Shown here one piece after another: positions 49,251 to 57,453 of a DNA stretch of 64,000 nt. The notes beneath the pieces were generated by a model that saw only the letters and a list, made by a program, of their open reading frames with translations, had not been told where the DNA came from and made no database searches. Numbering within the stretch: position 1 is the stretch's first letter; each line of letters opens with the position of its first letter. The stretch is taken from contig MFUZ01000006.1 of NCBI GenBank assembly GCA_001785865.1, positions 176,880 through 240,879 of the forward strand, given 5' to 3'. The position numbers and the translations under genes are program-made. Source of the stretch: Candidatus Nomurabacteria bacterium RIFCSPLOWO2_01_FULL_41_18 (lineage in GTDB: Bacteria; Patescibacteriota; Minisyncoccia; Phycocordibacterales; UBA9973).

Positions 49251-49463
49251 TTATTTTGGTTTAAGCGCTCTAAGTCTAGCTATTTCTGTTTCAGCTTGAA
49301 TTTTCTTTGTATTTAAATATTCAAGTAAAGTCTTATCTTTGCTACCGGCTTCATTCAATTTAGCAATCTGCGAAACTGCAAATTCCAACATAGACTCTAA
49401 TTCTTCAATTGTTCTTGTAGGAGTTTTTTCTCTTGTTTCTGATTTTGATGACTTTCGTTCCAT
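49251..49463 (-). CDS. Small hypothetical protein downstream of lysS
   Basis: 70-aa ORF with a helical, charged composition. Its start overlaps the lysS stop. Confidence 0.35.
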   Translation of the reverse strand: MERKSSKSETREKTPTRTIEELESMLEFAVSQIAKLNEAGSKDKTLLEYLNTKKIQAETEIARLRALKPK

Positions 49464-49464
49464 G

Positions 49465-50931
49465 TTATTTTGGCTTCATTGTTGGAAAAAGAATAACTTC
49501 TTTTATGTTTTTCGCGCCTGATAAAAACATGACAAGTCTATCAATTCCTATGCCAATTCCCCCATTTGGAGGCATGCCATATTCCATAGCTTCTAAATAT
49601 GCCATATCGGTCGGTGAGATCTCTTCTGCCCCTTTTTTTGCTTTATTATCCTGATCGAGATAGCGCTCTTTTTGGTCGATAGGATTATTGAGCTCGGTAA
49701 ACGCATTTACCAACTCGAGACCTGAAATGACTAACTGGAAGCGATCGATAATGGATGGATCATCTTCTTTTCTTTTTGCAAATGGATTAAAAGCTACGGG
49801 ATAATCTATGATGAATGTAGGCTGAAGCAAATTTGAGCGACACAGCTTCTTGTACACAGAATCTAGAATATTCTCTTTCGATTCATCGGGTTCAATTTTG
49901 ATGCTATTTTTTTCTGCAAAGGCGGCCAATTCTTTTTCTGAGATATTTTCTGGATCTTTTATCCCTGAATATTTCTTTATCAAATCGTAAAACGTAATTA
50001 CCTCGAATTTTTTAGAAAAATCCAATGCAGTTTCCCCTATCACAACTTTATCTTGCTGAAAAATCTCCTTGATTAAATATTTAAATAGTTTTTCTGTAAA
50101 ATCTCTCTGGGTTTCGGCATCGCCATAGACTTCTTGAGACTCAAGCATGGTAAATTCGGGATTATGGGTGGTATCAATCCCTTCATTCCTGAATTTCCTT
50201 CCGATCTCGTAAATCTTTGTAAAACCTCCGACCAAGAGCATCTTCAAATATAATTCTTGCGCGATGGTAAGAAAAAAATCTGCATCTAGGGCATTGTGAT
50301 GCGTAATAAAAGGCTTGGCGATGGCACCGCCAGCAACTGTCTGCAATCTCGGAGTTTCTACTTCTATATAACCATTGTCGTTATAGAACTTGCGCACTAA
50401 GACAACGGCACGAGAACGTAAAAGCAACCTGTCCTTCGCTTCTTCATTCATCAAAATATCCAAATATCTCTTTCTAAATCTCTCTTCCACATCTTGCAAT
50501 CCGTGCCATTTTTCAGGCAAAGGTCGGAGGCTTTTTGAGAGCATTCGCCAATCTTTGGCCTCTACTGTCTTCTCTCCTCTTTTTGTTGTGAAAAAACCAC
50601 CTTGAATTTCTACAAAGTCCCCAATATCCACTATTTCATTAAAGAAATTAAATTTTTCTTCAGAAAGGACATCTTTTTTTAATAAACCCTGAAAAGTTGC
50701 AGTGCCATCATTTAAAGTTATGAAAATAATTGCGCCTTGCCCGCGAATAGACATGATTCTGCCGGCTATCCATTTCACTTCCTTACTTTTCTCCAGATTC
50801 TCAAAATTTAGGACAGCTTCACTGATGGCGAGCTCCCTTTTTGACTCCGCCGGATACGGATTCACACCCTTTTTCTTTAAGAGCTCAAGTTTTTTTATCC
50901 TGGCATCCCTAATTTCATCAATTGAAGACAT
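49465..50931 (-). CDS. lysS: Lysine--tRNA ligase, class II
   Basis: Anticodon-binding OB fold and class II motifs (FRNEG, GGIGIGIDR). Confidence 0.95.
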   Translation of the reverse strand: MSSIDEIRDARIKKLELLKKKGVNPYPAESKRELAISEAVLNFENLEKSKEVKWIAGRIMSIRGQGAIIFITLNDGTATFQGLLKKDVLSEEKFNFFNEIVDIGDFVEIQGGFFTTKRGEKTVEAKDWRMLSKSLRPLPEKWHGLQDVEERFRKRYLDILMNEEAKDRLLLRSRAVVLVRKFYNDNGYIEVETPRLQTVAGGAIAKPFITHHNALDADFFLTIAQELYLKMLLVGGFTKIYEIGRKFRNEGIDTTHNPEFTMLESQEVYGDAETQRDFTEKLFKYLIKEIFQQDKVVIGETALDFSKKFEVITFYDLIKKYSGIKDPENISEKELAAFAEKNSIKIEPDESKENILDSVYKKLCRSNLLQPTFIIDYPVAFNPFAKRKEDDPSIIDRFQLVISGLELVNAFTELNNPIDQKERYLDQDNKAKKGAEEISPTDMAYLEAMEYGMPPNGGIGIGIDRLVMFLSGAKNIKEVILFPTMKPK

Positions 50932-50935
50932 ATTT

Positions 50936-50990
50936 TTCAGCCTGAAGCTGATACTCCTTCAAAGGCGGACACAGCGCCTCCAGAGGAAAG
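50936..50990 (-). promoter_or_regulatory. Two-hairpin 5'UTR motif (copy 3) immediately upstream of the lysS start
   Basis: Sense: ...GTCCGCCTTTGAAGGAGTATCAGCTTCAGGCTGAAAAATATATG. Confidence 0.45.
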
Positions 50991-51458
50991 TTAAGAAACA
51001 TCGAGAATTTTATAATTTACTTTTCCACCCGGAGCAGTGAAAGAAACATTTTCACCTTTTTTTTTGCCAAAAAGGGCTTCTCCAAAAGGAGATCTGTTTG
51101 AGACCTTGCCCTTCCCCATATCAGCCTCTTCGGAACCCACTATAGTATAAGTCCTTTTGTCTTGGCTACCCACTTTCTGCACAATGACATTCGAGCCAAC
51201 TTCTATCAAATCTCCCCCACCTCCGGAAACAGTCTCTGAAGACTGCAAGATTTTTTCTATTTTTACGATGCGTCCTTCGAGCTTGCCTTGATCTTCGCGA
51301 GTCTGATGGTATTCCGCATTCTCCGACAGATCACCCAAAGATTTTGCATACTCCAAACTAGCCAAGATTTCTTTTCTTTTCGGCCCTTTCAAATCTTCTA
51401 ATTCCTTCAACAACTCTTCTCTTTTTTCTTTGGTTATATAGTTAGCTGCTTGGTCCAT
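50991..51458 (-). CDS. greA: Transcription elongation factor GreA
   Basis: N-terminal coiled coil with acidic tip residues (DLSEN), and a C-terminal FKBP-like domain. Confidence 0.9.
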   Translation of the reverse strand: MDQAANYITKEKREELLKELEDLKGPKRKEILASLEYAKSLGDLSENAEYHQTREDQGKLEGRIVKIEKILQSSETVSGGGGDLIEVGSNVIVQKVGSQDKRTYTIVGSEEADMGKGKVSNRSPFGEALFGKKKGENVSFTAPGGKVNYKILDVS

Positions 51459-51534
51459 AATTGTTTATAGTATCTTTTTTACCAAAAAAGTCAATACATT
51501 TTACAAAAAATCATTTATATGATAGTCTCTCTGT

Positions 51535-51768
51535 ATGGCAAACACCGTAATCGAAATAAAGAAAAATCCAAACGAGAACAATTCCAGCGTTCTGCGTCGT
51601 TTTTCACGCCGGATCCTGGAGTCAGGCATCATCCGCAAAATAAAAGGGGCTCGCTACAACGTGCGACAAGAATCCAAACTCAAGATAAAAAAAAGCGCGC
51701 TCAAGAGAATGGCTCGCAGGAAAGAAATCGAGCACTTAAAAAAACTCGGCAAAATGGTCACGAAATAG
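51535..51768 (+). CDS. rpsU: 30S ribosomal protein S21
   Basis: Basic 77-aa protein with the ARYNVRQESKLKIKKSALKRMARRKE pattern. Confidence 0.85.
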   Translation: MANTVIEIKKNPNENNSSVLRRFSRRILESGIIRKIKGARYNVRQESKLKIKKSALKRMARRKEIEHLKKLGKMVTK

Positions 51769-51772
51769 AGTC

Positions 51773-52114
51773 ATGCATTTCAAAAAATTAAAAAACGACA
51801 TTCTAGGAAAAGACTATTCCCTGTCGATTGCTTACGTAGACGAAAAGAAATCAGAAGAGATAAATAAAAAATATAGAGGCAAAGACAAACCGACAAACGT
51901 CTTGTCTTTTGCTTTGCGCAAAAATGAAGGCGAACTCGTGTTGTGCAAACCTGTCATCAGAAGAGAAGCGAAAAATTTCAATAAGACTTTCAGTCAGTTC
52001 CTGGGCTTTTTAGTTATCCACGGCATGCTTCATTTGAAAGGCCTCAAACATGGCAAAAAAATGGAAAAACTAGAGAAAAAATACTTGTCCCGTACTAAAT
52101 TTTTGATTAAGTGA
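51773..52114 (+). CDS. ybeY: rRNA maturation endoribonuclease YbeY
   Basis: HGMLHLKGLKH zinc motif (H..H....H). Confidence 0.8.
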   Translation: MHFKKLKNDILGKDYSLSIAYVDEKKSEEINKKYRGKDKPTNVLSFALRKNEGELVLCKPVIRREAKNFNKTFSQFLGFLVIHGMLHLKGLKHGKKMEKLEKKYLSRTKFLIK

Positions 52115-52154
52115 TATAATAATAAGTATTAGTAAATAAAATTTTAGTACTGGG

Positions 52155-53321
52155 ATGATAAGAAATATTTCAGTCGGAATAGACGTCGGATCAGGAACGA
52201 CCAGAGTCGTGGTGGGAGAATTCACAAAGGGAGAAAAAAATCCTAGGATTGTTGGCGTGGGCGAAGGAGAAACATTCGGCGTTCGCAGCGGTTATGTGGT
52301 AGATCCAAATGAAGCGCTAGAATCGGTCAGGAAAGCTGTCAGCATGGCGGAAAAATCTGCTGGAATAAAAATCAAGCGCGCCTTCATCTCAGTCGGAGGC
52401 TTGAGCTTGCGCGGAGAAGCCAGTTCTGGTTCGACCATCATTTCCAAGGCTGACGGCGAAGTAACCAACCTCGATGTAAATAAGGCTCTGCAGGACTGCG
52501 AGGATAATCTTAATCTGACCAACAAAAAAATCATCCAGATGTTCCATAGCTCTTCTCGGCTAGATGGAAAAGAAGTGTTGGGGCGCTTGGAAGGCATGCG
52601 AGGAACTCGGCTCGAGGTCAAAGCTTTTTTCATCACCTATTCCCTGCAACATCTAGAGGACTTGATAGAAATCATCGCCCAAGCGGGAGTGGAAACCATC
52701 GACGTGGTCGCTTCCCCCATCGCTATCGCTGAAATCACCCTATCTAAAAAACAAAAGATCGCCGGTGTCGGCCTGGTAAACATCGGACACCGCACCACTA
52801 CGCTAGCGGTATTTGAAAATGGAGTACCGACAGCGCTCCATACTTTTTCGATCGGCGGAGCCGACATCACCAATGACATTGCGCTTGGATTCAAAGTTCC
52901 GCTCGAGACTGCAGAGTCCTATAAACAAGGAAATAATATGGAAGAGAACTTTTCTAAAAAGAAATTAGACGAGATCATTGAAGCGAGGCTCTCGGATATT
53001 TTTGAACTCATAGAGAATCACTTGAGAAAAATAAAACGGAACGAACTTTTGCCGGCCGGGATAGTGTTTGTCGGCGGGGGCTCGAACACGCCAAAGCTTG
53101 TCGAGCTTTCGAAATCTATATTGAAGCTCCCTTCCGGATTGGGAACGACTGAAATTTTTGGGAACAATAAAACAAAACTTCGCGACTCTGCCTGGTTTAC
53201 AGCCATTGGTCTGGTCATCTCTGGACGAAACAACGATGACTATTCCGAAGGATCATTAAAAAACTTATTCAAGGACGTAAAAAATACTATAAAATCAAGC
53301 ATCAAGCAGTTGATGCCGTAA
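52155..53321 (+). CDS. ftsA: Cell division protein FtsA
   Basis: Actin-like ATPase motifs GIDVGSGTT and VFVGGGS. Confidence 0.9.
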   Translation: MIRNISVGIDVGSGTTRVVVGEFTKGEKNPRIVGVGEGETFGVRSGYVVDPNEALESVRKAVSMAEKSAGIKIKRAFISVGGLSLRGEASSGSTIISKADGEVTNLDVNKALQDCEDNLNLTNKKIIQMFHSSSRLDGKEVLGRLEGMRGTRLEVKAFFITYSLQHLEDLIEIIAQAGVETIDVVASPIAIAEITLSKKQKIAGVGLVNIGHRTTTLAVFENGVPTALHTFSIGGADITNDIALGFKVPLETAESYKQGNNMEENFSKKKLDEIIEARLSDIFELIENHLRKIKRNELLPAGIVFVGGGSNTPKLVELSKSILKLPSGLGTTEIFGNNKTKLRDSAWFTAIGLVISGRNNDDYSEGSLKNLFKDVKNTIKSSIKQLMP

Positions 53322-53351
53322 AGATTTGCTTTTTTTTACGCCAGTGCTAAG

Positions 53352-54572
53352 ATGATGGATATGCCAAAAATAAACCAAGAAATACAAACTTTCGCTCGCA
53401 TTATGGTCATTGGGGTAGGAGGATCGGGGAAAAACGCAGTCAATCATATGATAAACTCGAAGGTCAAAGGAGTATCCTTCATCTGCATGAATACCGACAC
53501 CCAAGACCTACATCACTCTCTCGCTGATAAGAAGATCCATATCGGAAAAAATCTTACCAAGGGTCTCGGCGCCGGAATGGATCCAGAGACCGGCAAGAAA
53601 GCGGCCGAAGAAACAAAATCCGAGATCCAAGACGTCATCAAAGGAGCTGACATGATCTTTATCGCCTGCGGAATGGGCGGAGGCACTGGCACTGGCGCAG
53701 CCCCGATAATAGCTCGCGCAGCTAGAGAGCAAGGGATACTCACTGTCGCCGTCACGACCAAGCCTTTCTTCTTTGAAGGAAATTATAGAATGAAAATAGC
53801 AGAAAAAGGAATCGAGGAACTCGCAAAGGAAGTGGATGCGATCATTGTCATTCCAAATGACAAACTTCTTCAATTGTCGGACAAAAATACCAACTTCAAA
53901 GATGCATTCAGCAACTGTGACAATATCCTACGCCAGGCGGTAGAGGGAATCTCAGACCTTATCACCACTCCCGGAGTCATCAACGTAGACTTCGCAGATA
54001 TCAAAGCTGTCATGCGAGATGCGGGAAGCGCGCTTATGGGCATCGGACTTGCCTCCGGCGAAAAGCGCGCTGAAAAAGCCGCCCTTATGGCGATAAATTC
54101 CCCTCTCCTCGAAATTTCGATCCACGGCGCCAAAGGAGTGCTGTTTGCTATCTCTGGCGGAGATGACCTGACTATTCACGAGATACAGGAAGCAGCGAAA
54201 ATAATCACTGAATCTATCGACAAGGATGCCAAAGTCATATTCGGTACGATACGTGATGAAAATATGAAAAAAGGCGAGTTGAAAGTGACTGTCATCGCCA
54301 CAAACTTCCCTGCTGATATGCCCAGGAAGAGTCTCTTTGGCAGCACTGGAGCTACACAGCCCGGCCCATTGCTCAAAGAAGATAATGCACTCATGGCAAA
54401 AAAAGATATAAACAGTAGCATCAATAGCGCCAAAGGTGGCAATACAAATATAAGCAACAATGATTTCATAAAGAAGGGAGACAAGAAATCTGACCCTATC
54501 GAAGATATAGTGATCGAAGACAATACTGATGACTGGAGCGCTGTTCCAGCATTTCTACGAAGGAAGAAATAG
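53352..54572 (+). CDS. ftsZ: Cell division GTPase FtsZ
   Basis: GGGTGTG tubulin signature and a variable C-terminal linker. Confidence 0.95.
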   Translation: MMDMPKINQEIQTFARIMVIGVGGSGKNAVNHMINSKVKGVSFICMNTDTQDLHHSLADKKIHIGKNLTKGLGAGMDPETGKKAAEETKSEIQDVIKGADMIFIACGMGGGTGTGAAPIIARAAREQGILTVAVTTKPFFFEGNYRMKIAEKGIEELAKEVDAIIVIPNDKLLQLSDKNTNFKDAFSNCDNILRQAVEGISDLITTPGVINVDFADIKAVMRDAGSALMGIGLASGEKRAEKAALMAINSPLLEISIHGAKGVLFAISGGDDLTIHEIQEAAKIITESIDKDAKVIFGTIRDENMKKGELKVTVIATNFPADMPRKSLFGSTGATQPGPLLKEDNALMAKKDINSSINSAKGGNTNISNNDFIKKGDKKSDPIEDIVIEDNTDDWSAVPAFLRRKK

Positions 54573-54606
54573 GAAAAAACTTGACGCTTAGTATATAATG
54601 TAAGAT

Positions 54607-55551
54607 ATGACTTACGATTTGATAATAATTGGTGGTGGGCCGGCTGGGGCGGCTGCTGCTGTTTACGCTTCTCGTAAAAAACTTCAAACACTTTTTATAA
54701 CTGCCGAATGGGGAGGGCAATCTGTCGTGTCTGAAAAGATTTTTAACTGGATCGGGACAACTTCCCTTTCGGGTAATGAGCTCGCGGACAATTTCAAAAA
54801 ACATGTTTTAGCTAATGCTAAAAGCGCTGAAAACACAAATCCTACTTTAGAAGTAAAAGAAGGCGAGAAAGTAACTAGTATAGAAAGACAGGGAGAATTA
54901 TTTTTAGTCAAAACAGAGTCTGGTCAAGAATTTTTAAATAAAACTGTTCTCATAACCAGTGGCAGTGGACGCAGAAAGCTTATGGCAAAAAATGCAGACA
55001 GACTGGAGCACAAAGGCCTCACTTATTGTGCTTCTTGTGATGGACCTCTTTTTGAAGGGCAAGATGTAATAGTTATTGGTGGAGGCAATGCAGGCTTTGA
55101 ATCTGCTGCTCAGCTCCTCGCCTATTGTAAATCTGTAACACTTTTGCACAGAAGTGAGAATTTCCGTGCGGACGAAATAACTGTGGAAAAGGTTCTAAAG
55201 AATCCAAGGATGAAGGCTATTAAAAATCTGGATATTTTGGAAGTAAAAGGCGATAAATTTGTGGAAGGAATAGTTTATAAAGACAAAATTACAGGTGAAC
55301 AAACAGAACTAAAAGTCTCAGGAATTTTTGTTGAAATAGGACAGATTCCAAATACTGATTTCATAAAGGACCTTGTTCCACTTGATTCCATTGGGCGTAT
55401 TAAAATAAATCCACTAAACCAAAAAACAGAAGTTCCGGGCATTTGGGCGGCTGGCGACTGCACTGATGTCCTCTATCATCAAAACAACATCGCTGCCGGC
55501 GACGCTGTGCGGGCACTTGAAGATATTTATCTTGCGATACATGCAAAGTAG
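54607..55551 (+). CDS. trxB: Thioredoxin reductase
   Basis: GGGPAGAAAA FAD motif, the redox-active CASCDG, and an NAD(P)H motif GGGNAG. Confidence 0.9.
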   Translation: MTYDLIIIGGGPAGAAAAVYASRKKLQTLFITAEWGGQSVVSEKIFNWIGTTSLSGNELADNFKKHVLANAKSAENTNPTLEVKEGEKVTSIERQGELFLVKTESGQEFLNKTVLITSGSGRRKLMAKNADRLEHKGLTYCASCDGPLFEGQDVIVIGGGNAGFESAAQLLAYCKSVTLLHRSENFRADEITVEKVLKNPRMKAIKNLDILEVKGDKFVEGIVYKDKITGEQTELKVSGIFVEIGQIPNTDFIKDLVPLDSIGRIKINPLNQKTEVPGIWAAGDCTDVLYHQNNIAAGDAVRALEDIYLAIHAK

Positions 55552-55562
55552 CATTTACACAA

Positions 55563-55590
55563 AAAAACACCCTGAAGGTGTTTTTTTGTG
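55563..55590. terminator. Bidirectional terminator ACACCCTGAAGGTGT flanked by A-run and T-run
   Basis: aaaaaaacaccctgaaggtgttttttt. Confidence 0.65.
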
Positions 55591-55606
55591 TGTGTAATCT
55601 ATAAAT

Positions 55607-55777
55607 TTATTTCTTATCCTCCATTCCATGCCCCTTTGGATCTGCCATGCAACATTGGCCTACTGGTTTGCCAGATCCACAAAAACACTTTTCCATCATT
55701 CCACAGCACGCTCCGTACATTTTTCCAGATCCACATTTGCAATCCTCCATTAATTTTGCTTTTTGTGTTTCGTCCAT
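55607..55777 (-). CDS. Unannotated 56-aa protein with two tandem SEC-C metal-binding motifs
   Basis: Hand translation of the reverse strand gives MDETQKAKLMEDCKCGSGKMYGACCGMMEKCFCGSGKPVGQCCMADPKGHGMEDKK. The two motifs are CxCGSGKxxxxCC. It is below the 60-aa cutoff of the ORF track. Confidence 0.55.
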   Translation of the reverse strand: MDETQKAKLMEDCKCGSGKMYGACCGMMEKCFCGSGKPVGQCCMADPKGHGMEDKK

Positions 55778-55940
55778 ACTTTTTAAATAAATTAAATTAT
55801 AATTGTAATTGTACCGAGAGATACGAGTGACTAAGACGCATCTATCATACTCGTCTATTATACCATAAATTGACTAGAGATTTTTTTTAGGATAATCTTT
55901 TAGAGAAAACAAGCAGTCAACCCTTAACGGAGACAAAAAC

Positions 55941-56552
55941 ATGATCTTTAAGCAAGCACTCAACAGGCGGAAGTTTGTTCGGAATTTCGGCATCCTGTCG
56001 ACAACTCTTTTAGCACACAAGGGAGTCGCCAGCATCACCAATTTGGTTTCGTCTCGACTGAAATACGAAAAAGTGGTGGTCAACGGCACGGAGATTTTCC
56101 GAGTTGTTGCAACACCTTCACCAACAAATTCAGTTTGGGAACTGCAACAGTCTCTGGATGCAGGAACGTCATGGACGACTATCACAAACGCCACTTCTAT
56201 TGGTGGGGGCAAAATCCAATGGGATGCGTCGTCGATAAAAAAAGCCGAATTTTTTCGGGCAAAGATAGTCACAGCAACAATCACGGTCCCAAACAATACT
56301 CCTTATGACATCCCTTTGATTGAGGGGCAAAAGTTATTTGACGCCATGGAAAGCCTTAAATTGGTTATTCCATCGTTCACTTTCACCTCCCAGTTTCACA
56401 CTGGTCTCGGTCAGTTTGTGACCAGCATCAATGGGACGAGCCAAGGAGGAGGCTTGAAGTGGATCCTATTCGTCAACGGAGTCTCCTCGACCAAAGGAAG
56501 CTCACAATTAGCGCTAAACGCAGGCAACCATATGGAATGGCGCTTAATCTAA
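55941..56552 (+). CDS. Secreted protein with a Tat-like signal (RRKFVRNFG) and a C-terminal DUF4430-like domain
   Basis: C-terminus GQFVTSINGTSQGGGLKWILFVNG...NAGNHMEWRL. It has its own TTGACT promoter and a GGAG RBS. Confidence 0.5.
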   Translation: MIFKQALNRRKFVRNFGILSTTLLAHKGVASITNLVSSRLKYEKVVVNGTEIFRVVATPSPTNSVWELQQSLDAGTSWTTITNATSIGGGKIQWDASSIKKAEFFRAKIVTATITVPNNTPYDIPLIEGQKLFDAMESLKLVIPSFTFTSQFHTGLGQFVTSINGTSQGGGLKWILFVNGVSSTKGSSQLALNAGNHMEWRLI

Positions 56553-56569
56553 TCGGTTTTATCGGTAAC

Positions 56570-56610
56570 AAACACGGCTGGTAAGGGTTTCCCTTGCCAG
56601 CCTGTTCTTT
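56570..56610 (+). terminator. Rho-independent terminator GGCTGGTAAGGG-tttc-CCTTGCCAGCC plus T8
   Basis: 12-bp stem followed by TTCTTTTTTTT. Confidence 0.7.
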
Positions 56611-56816
56611 TTTTTACTTGCAACTATTTTTAAAGAGAATATAATATGTTTACTGTTATATGGTGGAAATGAGGTTAGATTCCTCTACTGTGCCGCAACG
56701 GTAATATCATAAATTTTATGATTAGTCCGGTCTTCATGTAACAGAGCTTCCGAGCAGAAGATTTTTTCATAGAAACTTTTATGATATCTTCCCGCCCGGG
56801 TAAGATATTTTTTTTA

Positions 56817-56894
56817 TGTGACCCTTCTAAATAATCAGGCCTTCGCTCTGAGACTCAGGCTCGAAGAGGTCATGGTGAGTAAAACCGAACCATG
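56817..56894 (+). promoter_or_regulatory. Start-codon-embedding leader element (copy 2 of 3), expanded form
   Basis: TGACCC...CTCAGGcTCgaagaGGTCATGGTGAGtaAAAcCGAACCATG. The final ATG is the CDS start. Confidence 0.5.
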
Positions 56895-57401
56895 AAAAAT
56901 CCAAAAAAACTATATATTGAAACAATTATTTTATTATTTTTTTGTGTTGTTATATTTTTTGTATATACAAAAGAAGAGAAAATCACCACCCCGTCTCAAG
57001 TAAAAACCGAAGCTCCCCTCCTTGATAAGGAGGGGGTTCCGGCTGGTAATTTAAAAAAGAACCACCTCGCCTCTGGCACTCCTCCTCAACAAGGAAGAGA
57101 GGAAACTATCCCAGAAAATACTCAATCTGCAACTGTCCTAGCTGGAGAAATGAACATAAATTTATCATTTCTCCCAAATACTATTTTCTATGATGCACTC
57201 ATACAAGCAAGAGATGCTAATAAAATAACATTTTCCGGTAAAAATTATCCTGGGCTTGGATTTTTTGTAACCGACATCGGCACCCTGCATGCAGGCAGTA
57301 GAAAATACTTGATTTATTACATTAATGGGAAGGAGGCGACCGTCGGCGTCTCGGCTTATACACTCAAAAAGGGCGACGTCATCGAGTGGAAATTGGAATA
57401 A
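56892..57401 (+). CDS. Secreted protein with a C-terminal DUF4430-like domain
   Basis: Signal-anchor MKNPKKLYIETIILLFFCVVIFFVY. C-terminus GFFVTDIGTLHAGSRKYLIYYINGKEATVGVSAYTLKKGDVIEWKL. Confidence 0.5.
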   Translation: MKNPKKLYIETIILLFFCVVIFFVYTKEEKITTPSQVKTEAPLLDKEGVPAGNLKKNHLASGTPPQQGREETIPENTQSATVLAGEMNINLSFLPNTIFYDALIQARDANKITFSGKNYPGLGFFVTDIGTLHAGSRKYLIYYINGKEATVGVSAYTLKKGDVIEWKLE

Positions 57402-57402
57402 C

Positions 57403-57453
57403 ATGACCCATTCGAGAAAACCTCAGGGTCATGGTGAGTATAATCGAACCATG
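57403..57453 (+). promoter_or_regulatory. Start-codon-embedding leader element (copy 3 of 3), with a perfect TATAAT 7 nt before the ATG
   Basis: ATGACCCATTCGAGaaaacCTCAGGGTCATGGTGAGtaTAAtCGAACCATG. It starts 2 nt after the upstream stop codon. Confidence 0.55.

Noticed and set aside
56553-56891. Cobalamin riboswitch upstream of the DUF4430-like genes
   Set aside because: I looked for the B12-box (GCCACTG / AGCCAGGAGACCTGCC-type core). I found only a scrambled resemblance (GGTGGAAA...GATTCC...ACTGTGCCGCAACGG) with the conserved blocks in the wrong order. It would need a cmscan with RF00174 to exclude formally.
57325-57450. Track start (MGRRRPSASRL...) for the large surface protein
   Set aside because: The upstream 42 codons read through the conserved leader element and the stop of the preceding gene region. 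The Met at 57451 begins a canonical signal peptide and coincides with the conserved start-embedding motif seen in two other genes.
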